A stretch of DNA of 64,000 nt from positions 2,074-66,073 of the IMG/VR virus record IMGVR_UViG_3300018429_000003; one strand, 5' to 3'. Below, in pieces: positions 45,423 through 53,904 of the stretch; the stretch's first letter is position 1, and each line of letters opens with the position of its first letter. The translations under genes were made by a program, and so were the position numbers. The stretch comes from a virus. Its lineage: Duplodnaviria > Caudoviricetes. The notes under the pieces are model-generated. The model was not told the origin of the DNA and searched no databases. It saw nothing but the letters and a program-made list of their open reading frames with translations.

Positions 45423-45881
45423 TTACTTGGACACGACTGTTTGGTCCACCAGCGACTTGTCAAAGATGTCGTTCTTTTTTATCGGCTGAAGCTGCTTAAC
45501 GGTAAATTCGCCTTCCTCTTTCGGGATAATCGAGAGGCCTCGGAATCTCATGAAGTAAGTGCCCTCATCGATGTTCACTTTCAGGTAGTAAGTCTCGCCT
45601 GGCTCAACTGTGAACTGTACGCCTCCGAGCTTCTTTTCCTTTATGTAGAACTCGTGATTTCCCGGAGGGAGTCGAAGTAGGAAATACCGATTCTTATTGA
45701 TTTCCGCAACCCGTTTGTTATCTACGAAGACCTTCGCGGAGAATCGCCCTAACGTCTTGGCGTGGCCCAACATGTACACAAAGACCTTGGCCGGCTCCTG
45801 ACTTTGCGCCACCGTTCGATGATGGGTAGGTAAAAGGCTCAGCAGTAGCAGCGATACAGTGAGAACGTGCTTAACCGTCAT
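45423..45881 (-). CDS. Exported DUF2846-like protein (superinfection-exclusion candidate)
   Basis: Signal peptide; AKVFVY...VFVDNK......YF...LPPGNH...VEPGETYYL. Confidence 0.7.
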   Translation of the reverse strand: MTVKHVLTVSLLLLSLLPTHHRTVAQSQEPAKVFVYMLGHAKTLGRFSAKVFVDNKRVAEINKNRYFLLRLPPGNHEFYIKEKKLGGVQFTVEPGETYYLKVNIDEGTYFMRFRGLSIIPKEEGEFTVKQLQPIKKNDIFDKSLVDQTVVSK

Positions 45882-45909
45882 GGGTGAGAGTCTCCTAAGT
45901 GGACATAGC

Positions 45910-46320
45910 TTACCAGTCGCGCTCGGTGCGAACAGCTTTGCTTACCCGATGAATCGCGAACTTTACGATCCCCCACACATCAGGCTCAGCCGACGTCTTC
46001 AAGGTTGCCGTGTCTGGCACCAGGCGCAAGCTACCGTGGTGAGCTTCAAAGAGACGGGTAATAACTAGTTGCCCGTTATGAAGAATTATTACCACGTCGC
46101 CAACGTTCGCCTCAGCGCCTTTTTCTACAACCAGGAGATCCCCAAGGTGAATCCCCGCCTCGACTATGCCTTCGTCTTCGACGCGAATCAGGTAACACCC
46201 GTCTGAGCGGACTCCAAGGTACGCGGAGAGGTTGATACGCTCATCAGTAAAAAAGTCCCCCTCTGCTGGGGTGGGAGGACCAGCGCGATTAGTCATCAGT
46301 ATCAGCGGCAACAGGGCCAC
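45910..46320 (-). CDS. S24/UmuD-LexA-like domain lacking the catalytic Ser and Lys
   Basis: LPL...RAGPPTPAE...RVEDEGIVEAGIHLGDLLVV...VITRL...VWGIV. Confidence 0.85.
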   Translation of the reverse strand: MALLPLILMTNRAGPPTPAEGDFFTDERINLSAYLGVRSDGCYLIRVEDEGIVEAGIHLGDLLVVEKGAEANVGDVVIILHNGQLVITRLFEAHHGSLRLVPDTATLKTSAEPDVWGIVKFAIHRVSKAVRTERDW

Positions 46321-46344
46321 TTGGGAGAGTGGCCGTAAAAGAGA

Positions 46345-46635
46345 TCAGCCCTTTTTCTTTTTTCGGGGAGTGTCTAGGTAGGTCTTTGCGCCTTTGACTG
46401 GCAGCGTTTCGCTACCATTGTCGGAATCTGGCTTTCCGCTATTGCCGCCACCTTCGCCGCCTTCCGGCTCGAATAGCAGCCCGTCTCTTTTGAAGGCCGC
46501 AACGCCGCGCTCAAATAAAGCCAGCTCAATCTCGCTCAGCTTTCGCCGCTCCCTCTTTGCGAGGTCTGTTACGACCTGATAAAGCGACGAATAAACGCGA
46601 AAGGCAACCATTTCCGACAATCGGGCTCGCTCCAT
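46345..46635 (-). CDS. Ribbon-helix-helix repressor candidate (leaderless)
   Basis: SEMVAFRVYSSLYQVVTDLAKRERRKLSEI; TTGACG-N16-TACAGT-N7-ATG. Confidence 0.75.
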   Translation of the reverse strand: MERARLSEMVAFRVYSSLYQVVTDLAKRERRKLSEIELALFERGVAAFKRDGLLFEPEGGEGGGNSGKPDSDNGSETLPVKGAKTYLDTPRKKKKG

Positions 46636-46642
46636 GTAGGCT

Positions 46643-46720
46643 ACTGTACCCACTCTTTTGCCTCCGTCAATGTTTGCAACGAAAATACTGCTTGCAATGT
46701 TAACAATAATGTTGTAGAGT
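46643..46720. promoter_or_regulatory. Divergent switch promoters and operator (OR-like)
   Basis: Minus strand TTGACG-N16-TACAGT; plus strand TTGCAA-N17-TAGAGT overlapped by the shared 17-mer. Confidence 0.8.
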
Positions 46721-46729
46721 CCGCTCCCG

Positions 46730-46909
46730 ATGGCTACCAAGACTAAAAACAAAAGCGACGAGCAGAAGTTGGACGTAACGGTCGGAACCCGAATTCCGGC
46801 ATGGGTGCGTGAGTTCTACGAACGCCAGGCCGACAGTGAGCGACGAAAGCTCGGCGCTGTCCTCCGTAACGTTCTTATCGACCACGCAGCAAAGAAGCGC
46901 GCCGCCTAA
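46730..46909 (+). CDS. RHH protein in the Cro position (59 aa, not in the ORF track)
   Basis: MATKTKNKSDEQKLDVTVGTRIPAWVREFYERQADSERRKLGAVLRNVLIDHAAKKRAA; ATG 9 nt after the -10 box. Confidence 0.75.
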   Translation: MATKTKNKSDEQKLDVTVGTRIPAWVREFYERQADSERRKLGAVLRNVLIDHAAKKRAA

Positions 46910-47045
46910 TCAGGAGAGAGGACGGAGGGACCGACTTGTAGCGTTTCGTCTGCGCCCCTCCCAGGGTCTGCCTTTGTCGAGCGTCAAGTTAATCGAAGCG
47001 CTTACCGGATACCACTGTTAGTTTTCGGGAAACTTAAGGAATCGC

Positions 47046-47525
47046 ATGGACGAAGTTGATCAATACCAGACTGAGTTGTTTCTTCACCAAACATTAGTCC
47101 GTGGCGACAAGTCCAAGCTGGCTGAAAAGCTGGGCGTGACCCTCTCGGAGATCTCGCAGCAATGTAATCCTGCTGAGACGGCCCGCAAAAGCTACTACTA
47201 CCAATTTAAGCGATTTCTAACGGCACTGAAGGCGGTAAACCCACGAGCGCACGAGCTATTACTGGCGGACCTGCACTCTACTGTCGACACAGAGCCGCGC
47301 AGTCAAAACCTTTCGCAACTAGTGGCGGACGCGAGTAGAGAACATGCCGAGCTAATCGGCGCGTGCCTGGAAGCAAAGCCCGCATCGCTTCAGCTAAAAG
47401 AAGCCCTTGAGACTCAGGTAGCACTTTCCCGGGTAGTTAAGGAGTTAAACCACGTAGCCCGCAAAGGCGCACAGATAGCCCAGTTTCCGCAGAGGAAGGC
47501 TGAGCTACGGAGGAAGACACGGTGA
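47046..47525 (+). CDS. CII-like regulatory protein
   Basis: HTH KLAEKLGVTLSEISQQCNP; position after the cro-like gene. Confidence 0.6.
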   Translation: MDEVDQYQTELFLHQTLVRGDKSKLAEKLGVTLSEISQQCNPAETARKSYYYQFKRFLTALKAVNPRAHELLLADLHSTVDTEPRSQNLSQLVADASREHAELIGACLEAKPASLQLKEALETQVALSRVVKELNHVARKGAQIAQFPQRKAELRRKTR

Positions 47526-47608
47526 GGGGATGGATACCACCTGAAGAGAATCAGGCTTGGGCAAGAGCCTGAGAGGGGGATCGCAAGTGGATTCAGGGGT
47601 GAGGCTAC

Positions 47609-47627
47609 TTGCGATTCCCAAATATCA
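47609..47627 (+). repeat. 19-bp direct repeat, copy 1
   Basis: TTGCGATTCCCAAATATCA. Confidence 0.9.
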
Positions 47628-47645
47628 AAGAGAGAGAGAGAAAAA

Positions 47646-48224
47646 ATGCGAGTCTTAATTGCATGTGAGTTTTCGGGGGTAGTGCGGGACGCCTTTGCTG
47701 CGCGAGGCCACAATGCGTGGTCATGCGATCTGCTTCCGAGCGAGACGCCCGGCCAGCACATTCAGGCTGACGCGATTGAGACTGCATATCTAACTCAGGA
47801 TTGGGATCTCTTAATAGCCCACCCGCCTTGCACGCACCTTGCGGTCAGCGGTGCGCGGTGGTTCAAGGATAAGCAGTCAGAGCAAGCGGACGCCTTGCGG
47901 TTCGTGGAAAAGCTGACGCTCGCGCCGATCGGTAAAATTGCCATTGAAAACCCAATCAGCATTATCAGTTCGCGTATCCGCAAGCCTGATCAAATTATTC
48001 AGCCCTGGCAGTTCGGGCACGGCGAAACCAAGGCTACCTGCCTGTGGCTAAAGAATCTCCCACTGCTTACGCCAACCAATATCGTTGATGGGCGAACGCC
48101 CCGAGTGCACTACGAGCCGCCGGGGGCGAATAGGTGGAAAAACAGATCGCGCACGCTTCAAGGAATCGCGGATGCGATGGCTGATCAATGGGGCGGCATT
48201 GTCTCGGCATCGGCTGCCGCGTGA
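47646..48224 (+). CDS. Short phage DNA cytosine methyltransferase
   Basis: RVLIACEFSG...SCD...IAHPPCT...IENP...QPWQFG..ETKATCLWL...RSRT..GIADAMADQW. Confidence 0.85.
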   Translation: MRVLIACEFSGVVRDAFAARGHNAWSCDLLPSETPGQHIQADAIETAYLTQDWDLLIAHPPCTHLAVSGARWFKDKQSEQADALRFVEKLTLAPIGKIAIENPISIISSRIRKPDQIIQPWQFGHGETKATCLWLKNLPLLTPTNIVDGRTPRVHYEPPGANRWKNRSRTLQGIADAMADQWGGIVSASAAA

Positions 48225-48226
48225 GA

Positions 48227-48245
48227 TTGCGATTCCCAAATATCA
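48227..48245 (+). repeat. 19-bp direct repeat, copy 2
   Basis: TTGCGATTCCCAAATATCA. Confidence 0.9.
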
Positions 48246-48258
48246 GAAAAGAGGTTGA

Positions 48259-48489
48259 GTGATGGTGATGATTGTAAACCCACGCAATAAGGCTGACGAG
48301 GCCACGATCGTAGCGGCGCGAGAGTACATAGCGTTCCTAGAGGAAGGCGTCAAGGCCGCACATGCGGAGCTTGATAAGGCGGGGATTGAGCGCGAAACCA
48401 TCGAGTGGGAAGGCCCCATTCAGCACGTAACTGAATATCCCGTGTGCGACCGAATTAAGCTCCTAGCAGCACGGAGGGCGAAACGGTGA
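48259..48489 (+). CDS. Hypothetical protein
   Basis: GAGG SD. Confidence 0.55.
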   Translation: MMVMIVNPRNKADEATIVAAREYIAFLEEGVKAAHAELDKAGIERETIEWEGPIQHVTEYPVCDRIKLLAARRAKR

Positions 48490-48680
48490 CACCCAGTAAA
48501 CACTATCGATACCGCGTGCGCGTGCCCTACATCAGTTCAGCCGTAAAGCCTGCCCAGTACCGGCGGAACCTGCGCAGTGAACGGCGGATCGCGATGTGGA
48601 GGACAGTGGCCGTGATGTGTACCTGCGCCGCGCTTCTGTTCTTGATGTTGGCGGCTGGATTTCTGGATTGGCTTCTATGA
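48486..48680 (+). CDS. Small protein with a C-terminal TM helix
   Basis: GGAGG SD; GTGA overlap. Confidence 0.5.
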   Translation: MTPSKHYRYRVRVPYISSAVKPAQYRRNLRSERRIAMWRTVAVMCTCAALLFLMLAAGFLDWLL

Positions 48681-48757
48681 AAAGTCTTAGATACCGATTC
48701 TGGCGAGCAGTGAGACGACTTATTGGTGACGAGTTGTTTCGTTTCTAAGGTGAATTT

Positions 48758-49804
48758 ATGAGCGCAGCAATTGAATCTCAGCCGATTACGGCCCCGCCAC
48801 CTGATGCCCGCTCTTTAGCGGAAAAGATGAGCGCCACCTGGGCAAAGATGGTTGCCAGCGACCGCACGCCCCCGTCGCCACGCCAGTACGTTTACGCGTC
48901 TTCTTATCGTGCCTGTGATCGCCGGATGGTCTACGACATGACGCATCCGGACCAGGTGCAGCCCTTTAGCCCTGACACTCTGGCCAACTTCAGACGCGGT
49001 AACGACCGTGAGCGAGAGCTGCTCATCGACCTCGCGCGCGTCGGTCGGGCGAATGAGCCTCAATTCGAGATAGTCGGACAGCAGGAACGATTTGAACTGA
49101 AAGACCGTAAGGGCCGGGTTGTTATCGTCGGCAAAGTTGACTGTCGGCTTAAGTTCGGGAGAGCCAGCGCGCCGGTTGAAACGAAATCCTGGAATCCAAA
49201 CACCGTCGCTCGCATACATCGCTTTGATGACCTGTTTTTGAATCCGTGGACACGTTCCGGCGCTTACCAGCTGCTTTGTTATCTCTACGGTTCAAACGAG
49301 CCGATCGGGTTCATGATTCTTGACCGAAACGGTTTACCGCTCATTCTGCCAGTAGTCCTTTACGACCACCTGGATCTCGTAGAAGAGTTTCTTAATAAAG
49401 CTACAAAGGCAATGGACCATCGCGAGGCCGGGACTCTTCCGGACTTCCATCGGGACCCATCGGAATGTAAGCGATGTTCTTTCTTCGGCACGGCCTGCAA
49501 CCCCCCATTGAAGTACGACGGCGCTCAAGTTCTGACGGATCCTGAAATCCTTCAGATGCTTGAAATCCGCGAACAGAACAAGAAGGCGGCAAAGGACTTT
49601 GAGTGGGTCGATAAGGAACTTAAAAAGCGACTTCGCGGCGTTGAGCAGGGGATAGCAGGCGGGTTTGTGTTGGCTGGAAAATGGACGGCTCAAACCTCTT
49701 ACGACTTGCCGCCGGCGGTTAAAGAAGAGTTCAAGCGGACTGACCCTAAGGGGCAATTCAGACTGACAATTACTAAGGTGGATGGTCAGCCTGAGAAAGA
49801 ATAA
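48758..49804 (+). CDS. Cas4/RecB-like PD-(D/E)xK exonuclease
   Basis: N-terminal C.R; GKVD...VETKS; QLLCY; CKRCSFFGTAC (Fe-S-type Cys cluster). Confidence 0.85.
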   Translation: MSAAIESQPITAPPPDARSLAEKMSATWAKMVASDRTPPSPRQYVYASSYRACDRRMVYDMTHPDQVQPFSPDTLANFRRGNDRERELLIDLARVGRANEPQFEIVGQQERFELKDRKGRVVIVGKVDCRLKFGRASAPVETKSWNPNTVARIHRFDDLFLNPWTRSGAYQLLCYLYGSNEPIGFMILDRNGLPLILPVVLYDHLDLVEEFLNKATKAMDHREAGTLPDFHRDPSECKRCSFFGTACNPPLKYDGAQVLTDPEILQMLEIREQNKKAAKDFEWVDKELKKRLRGVEQGIAGGFVLAGKWTAQTSYDLPPAVKEEFKRTDPKGQFRLTITKVDGQPEKE

Positions 49805-49849
49805 TCACCTTAACCCAATCAAACAATCAATAAAGCATAGGAGCAAATC

Positions 49850-50938
49850 ATGGAAACACAAACTGTTGACGGCGAGATTATCGACACGTCACAAGCTATA
49901 GACCTGCGCCACCCTGCGGCGCCTGCCACTCTCGAGCAGATAGCCGCCCTGGGAGACGGCGGCAACGAAATTGTAAGGGCCCGCATTCAAGTTCTTCAGA
50001 CCCTTCGTAAAGCGTCTATCCAAGCGACGAACCCAGAAGACTGGCTGCTGTTTCATGCCGTGGACCGACGAACAGCTCAGGAGCGCACTGTTGCGTACCT
50101 GCAGGACGCGGGCTGTGACCGGGTGGCCTCACTTTGGGGTATTGAGGTTTTCGGTATCGGCAAACCGGAAAAGATTATAGCGAACGATGGGACTGCGAAT
50201 TTTATGTACCTGGTTACCGGGAGCGGTCGGTGCTCAATTACTGGGCAGACTGTTGAAAGCGTGGAGGGAGGCCGGTCCTCGGCTGATGACTTCTGTAAGG
50301 ATAAGACAGGCACAGCCCTGGAACTCGCGACTCGGAAGGCCGCGCGCGCGAACCTTGACGGGAATATCGTTCGAGAACTGACCGGGCTCAAGTCGGTGCC
50401 GTTGGAGCAGTTAAGAGAGGCATGGTCCGTTTCGAATAAGAATTCGGATAACTGCGTGAAGGCCCGCGGCTACGGAAGTAGTAACGACCAATCTAACAGT
50501 GTCGGTGCTCAGGTTGACATGAGCGCGCCGGTACCTAACTGCCCGAAATGCCAAGGGCCTATGTGGGATAACAGACTCAAGAAAGCGAGTCCGAAATCCC
50601 CGGACTTCAAATGCAAAGATAGAAGCAACTGTGATGGCGCTGTATGGGCCGACAAGAAGCCTGCTCAGACCGTCGCGTCAAATGCGCCATCAGGCCCAGG
50701 CGATAGCGACGGTCAAGGCGTCGCTATTAACGGCATCGCGTTCCCGGCTGACTGTAAGGCCGCGAAAACTAATCCGGTCCTGTTGTCCTCAATGCAGCAA
50801 GAAGCCAGCCGCGCGGACGCCAATCTCTATCAGCTGGTTTGGTCCAACCTGAAGACAAAGCCTAACGAAATGTCTGACGAAGCGGCGCGCCTGATGGTTG
50901 AAGTTTTACGCGCAATGCCGGACGGAGGTGGCGACTAA
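49850..50938 (+). CDS. Probable single-strand annealing/recombination protein with a Zn ribbon
   Basis: Follows the exonuclease; RKAARAN...VRELTGL; CPKCQGPMWDN...PDFKC...CDGAVW. Confidence 0.55.
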   Translation: METQTVDGEIIDTSQAIDLRHPAAPATLEQIAALGDGGNEIVRARIQVLQTLRKASIQATNPEDWLLFHAVDRRTAQERTVAYLQDAGCDRVASLWGIEVFGIGKPEKIIANDGTANFMYLVTGSGRCSITGQTVESVEGGRSSADDFCKDKTGTALELATRKAARANLDGNIVRELTGLKSVPLEQLREAWSVSNKNSDNCVKARGYGSSNDQSNSVGAQVDMSAPVPNCPKCQGPMWDNRLKKASPKSPDFKCKDRSNCDGAVWADKKPAQTVASNAPSGPGDSDGQGVAINGIAFPADCKAAKTNPVLLSSMQQEASRADANLYQLVWSNLKTKPNEMSDEAARLMVEVLRAMPDGGGD

Positions 50939-51159
50939 TGTCAAAACGTACATCACTGGTCCAACACGTGACCAACTTCTTTACCACGGCCGACGAAGGC
51001 GCGGTCAACGTCATGCTTGAGGTGGTCCGGCAAATCATCGCCAGCCGCTTCAAGAAAGAGGTTAAGAGGCGCGGTCCGAATAAGCCGAGGGGTAGCCAGG
51101 CTCCGAGTCTTCTGACGAATCAGGGAGATGCACAGGGCAGTGACGCGGCGGACGCTTGA
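50938..51159 (+). CDS. Hypothetical protein
   Basis: GGAGG SD; TAATG coupling. Confidence 0.55.
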   Translation: MSKRTSLVQHVTNFFTTADEGAVNVMLEVVRQIIASRFKKEVKRRGPNKPRGSQAPSLLTNQGDAQGSDAADA

Positions 51160-51406
51160 AGCTTTGCGGGATTGCCAGAAGGCAACGACTGGCGGGCCAC
51201 TCCTGAGCCTGGACCGTCCCGCATTGAAATGTGGTTGCTTGCGGGGGGCTTGCAATCACTAACGCGGGCAGGGTTTGGGGTTAAGGTTCTGCTCGCACCT
51301 TTGAAATTGCTGGCCTTCAAGTGTGACACGCTGGTTATGTCCCGGCTGCGTTTTACGCGACAGACATTTCGAAGGTCAGCACGTTATCGCCGATTCTTAG
51401 AGACAC

Positions 51407-52030
51407 ATGGCCCAACTAAGAGACAAGCCCTACTTCTGGGTGACGTGGTTATCGTCGCTGCTTTCTGGCGAGGACTCCTGCGAATGGAAAGTATGGATGA
51501 AGGGCCACTATCAGGGCTTAACGAAGCTGAATCGAGACTTTGATTCAGCTCAGTGGAACGAGAACCATACCGCACTGCTGAACGACCTGAAGGAAGAGTA
51601 TAGAAGCAAGTCTGCAGGTTTACTCGTTGAAGGTCAGACTTCGTGGAGGGTTGACGGAAGGACGGCAACCGTCGCGGGCAAGATGGACCTGATTACCATC
51701 AATCCAAACCTGATCATCGACGCCAAGACAGGTAAGCGAAAAGACGCCCACGTTATGCAGATGAAGATTTACCTTCTGGCGGCACAACGCGGCGCCGTTA
51801 AGGGAGTCTCAGGGATTGCTAAAGCGGTTTTAAGGTACACCAACAGCCCAACGGTCGAAGTTTTCAGTTGTGACGATGTGTTCAAGAAACGGTTCTTTGA
51901 TCTCGTCGTGCGACTTGCGGGGCCGGAACTTGAACCGGTGCCAAGCCTGAACGAATGCAAGTTTTGTGATCTGGCTGATTGCAAGGTTCGAGCGGAAGAG
52001 AATCCGGCGGTGAAGGTGGATGAATTTTGA
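51407..52030 (+). CDS. Second PD-(D/E)xK nuclease
   Basis: AGKMDL...IIDAKTG......QMKIY...ECKFCD...C. Confidence 0.85.
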   Translation: MAQLRDKPYFWVTWLSSLLSGEDSCEWKVWMKGHYQGLTKLNRDFDSAQWNENHTALLNDLKEEYRSKSAGLLVEGQTSWRVDGRTATVAGKMDLITINPNLIIDAKTGKRKDAHVMQMKIYLLAAQRGAVKGVSGIAKAVLRYTNSPTVEVFSCDDVFKKRFFDLVVRLAGPELEPVPSLNECKFCDLADCKVRAEENPAVKVDEF

Positions 52031-52031
52031 A

Positions 52032-52310
52032 ATGAGCGCTCAATTCTCAAAGCTACATCAGCACCGATGCCGCGCCTGCAATGAGCCATACGACTGCTCG
52101 AACATGGATTGCAAGGCTGGCACCGTCAACTTCAGTGTTCGCAGAGAGACTTGTCCGGCCTGTAGCCAGGGACCGGGACAACTTAAGACGCGGCTCGCAG
52201 AGGGTGGTCTAACCGAAGTCTACTGCGAGACGTGCGGGGCTGTCGGTACGGCCGGGAGACGGTTGCCGGCGTGTAACGGTGAGCATCTCGACGCGGAGAT
52301 CATCGCATGA
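52032..52310 (+). CDS. Cys-rich Zn-binding protein
   Basis: Multiple CxxC motifs. Confidence 0.5.
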   Translation: MSAQFSKLHQHRCRACNEPYDCSNMDCKAGTVNFSVRRETCPACSQGPGQLKTRLAEGGLTEVYCETCGAVGTAGRRLPACNGEHLDAEIIA

Positions 52311-53119
52311 GATCGCCGGCGTTTCAGTTTTACCCGTCAAACTATCTCGGCAGCCGTGCCGTTCGCTTGATGGACGCCGAACAAAGAGGATGGTACACGC
52401 AGCTGCTTTTTGAATCCTGGGAGTCGGAGCCGCAGGCAACGCTCCCAAACGATGACGCCCTTCTCCGGGTGTTAGCAGGCGTGAACAGCCGTTCAACAGA
52501 TGTTGAGCAGCGCTGGGAATTTGTTAAGTCGCAGTTCAAACAGAAAGGGAAACTCCTCTATAACAGCAGGCTTTTGGACGAGTTCGTGAAGCAAGAAGAA
52601 AACAGAGAACTAAAGAGGCGCGCAGGAAAGGCAAGTGGCGAGGCAAGGCGCACGCAGCGCGAAGTCGTTAAAACCCATCACCTTACAAGCGCGGGTAGCT
52701 CGAACGGAAGTTCAACAGGTGTTCCAGAACGTTCACTTTTCGTTCGAACAGAAGACGAGCAAAATCGAACCCTCTTATCTCTTACTCCTACTCCATCACC
52801 AAACTCTACCTTAGGGAATACTGAAGAGGCTCGCACGGCCAAGCCGCGCTCACCCAGCACACCGAAACTTTGCGATGAGGCATACCTTGACGAGCTTCAA
52901 AAAGACGAAGCTTACAAGTCACTGGACGTTCGTCACGTCTATTCGAAGATGCTTCGCGTGTGCAAAGAGCGAGGCAAGCGGCCGACAAGGCTGAGATTGA
53001 TTAACTGGCTGAATCGGGAAGATCAGCCCATGGGAAGCAATGGAACACCTAAAACAAATCGCGGAGAAAGTAGCAGAACAAGTGCTACTGAAGCAGGATT
53101 CCGCGGCTCAATTACCTAA
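52307..53119 (+). CDS. Replication initiator (DUF1376/YdaU-like)
   Basis: RSPAFQFYPSNYL.......EQRGWY..LL..W...LPNDD..L. Confidence 0.85.
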   Translation: MRSPAFQFYPSNYLGSRAVRLMDAEQRGWYTQLLFESWESEPQATLPNDDALLRVLAGVNSRSTDVEQRWEFVKSQFKQKGKLLYNSRLLDEFVKQEENRELKRRAGKASGEARRTQREVVKTHHLTSAGSSNGSSTGVPERSLFVRTEDEQNRTLLSLTPTPSPNSTLGNTEEARTAKPRSPSTPKLCDEAYLDELQKDEAYKSLDVRHVYSKMLRVCKERGKRPTRLRLINWLNREDQPMGSNGTPKTNRGESSRTSATEAGFRGSIT

Positions 53120-53789
53120 CTGCATGCGCTGTTTTGATACCGGAACCGTGATGGTTCAGCGGGTCGTCGCGGACGTGGGTAGTTGGCAGGAAGCGAAGGT
53201 TTGTCGCTGCCGGCGGGCTGACGCTTACCGAAAAGCTTTGAGCCGTGTTCCCCCGGTGTTCGGTAATCCAAAGCTCTCTCGGTTGAAGCCACGAACGGAC
53301 CGCCACCCAAACCAAGCCAAGGTCATTGCTCACGTCAAAGCAAATCCTGACGCTTCGTATTTGCTGATGGGTCGAAATGGGTCCGGTAAGACGCATATTG
53401 GATGGGCATTATATCGCAGTGCTGTGGTAAGCGGGCGAGGAGTGGTTGCTTGTAGCGTGCGGGACTTACTCAACGAGTTTCGCCAGTTCGAGGTACAGGG
53501 ACCAAATGCGCCGGAGACACTGCCGCGAATCACCGTGGACCAGCTCCGGAGGTCACCCGGCAAGTGGCTGCTCTTTTTGGACGAATTTGAGAAAGCGCGC
53601 CCGAGTGAGTTTGCTTCGGAGATGCTTTTCGGAGTGCTCGACGCGGCGAGGTCTTTTAAGCACCAGCTCGTGATTACCAGCAACCTCAACTGGGTGGACT
53701 TAAAGAACCATTGGAGCCGTCAAGACGTCACGTGGGGCAACAGCATCATCGAGCGCCTAAAAGATTGTTACACAGCGGAACTGTTCTAA
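53040..53789 (+). CDS. DnaC/IstB-like helicase loader ATPase
   Basis: CxxC..CxC; GRNGSGKTH; LLFLDE; ITSNL; SIIERL. Confidence 0.85.
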   Translation: MEHLKQIAEKVAEQVLLKQDSAAQLPNCMRCFDTGTVMVQRVVADVGSWQEAKVCRCRRADAYRKALSRVPPVFGNPKLSRLKPRTDRHPNQAKVIAHVKANPDASYLLMGRNGSGKTHIGWALYRSAVVSGRGVVACSVRDLLNEFRQFEVQGPNAPETLPRITVDQLRRSPGKWLLFLDEFEKARPSEFASEMLFGVLDAARSFKHQLVITSNLNWVDLKNHWSRQDVTWGNSIIERLKDCYTAELF

Positions 53790-53792
53790 CTC

Positions 53793-53885
53793 ATGACTTC
53801 CGAACCACAAACAGACCAGCGCGCGGCGTACCTAAGATTCCTCGAGGGGAAGCGCGTCGAGATCGAAGCGTCAGGCTTTGCGGAC
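53793..53885 (+). pseudogene. Orphaned 5' remnant of the helicase gene
   Basis: YLRFLEGKRVEIEASGF resembles YADFLSSKRVDISPSGF at the helicase start (54350). Confidence 0.55.
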
Positions 53886-53904
53886 TGTGGTATAATTACT
53901 GGAA

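Noticed and set aside
47629-47640. (AG)6 tract before the MTase as a phase-variation switch
   Set aside because: It is short and non-coding, and unit changes would not alter the frame or the start-proximal spacing.
48758-52030. Cas4-like nucleases as evidence of a CRISPR-Cas locus
   Set aside because: There is no array or other cas gene, and the context is a phage recombination module.
52625-52652. Second GGC-NN-like run (GGCGAGGCAAGGCGC)
   Set aside because: Only about 3 units in register, explained by the coding sequence AGKASGEARR of the initiator.
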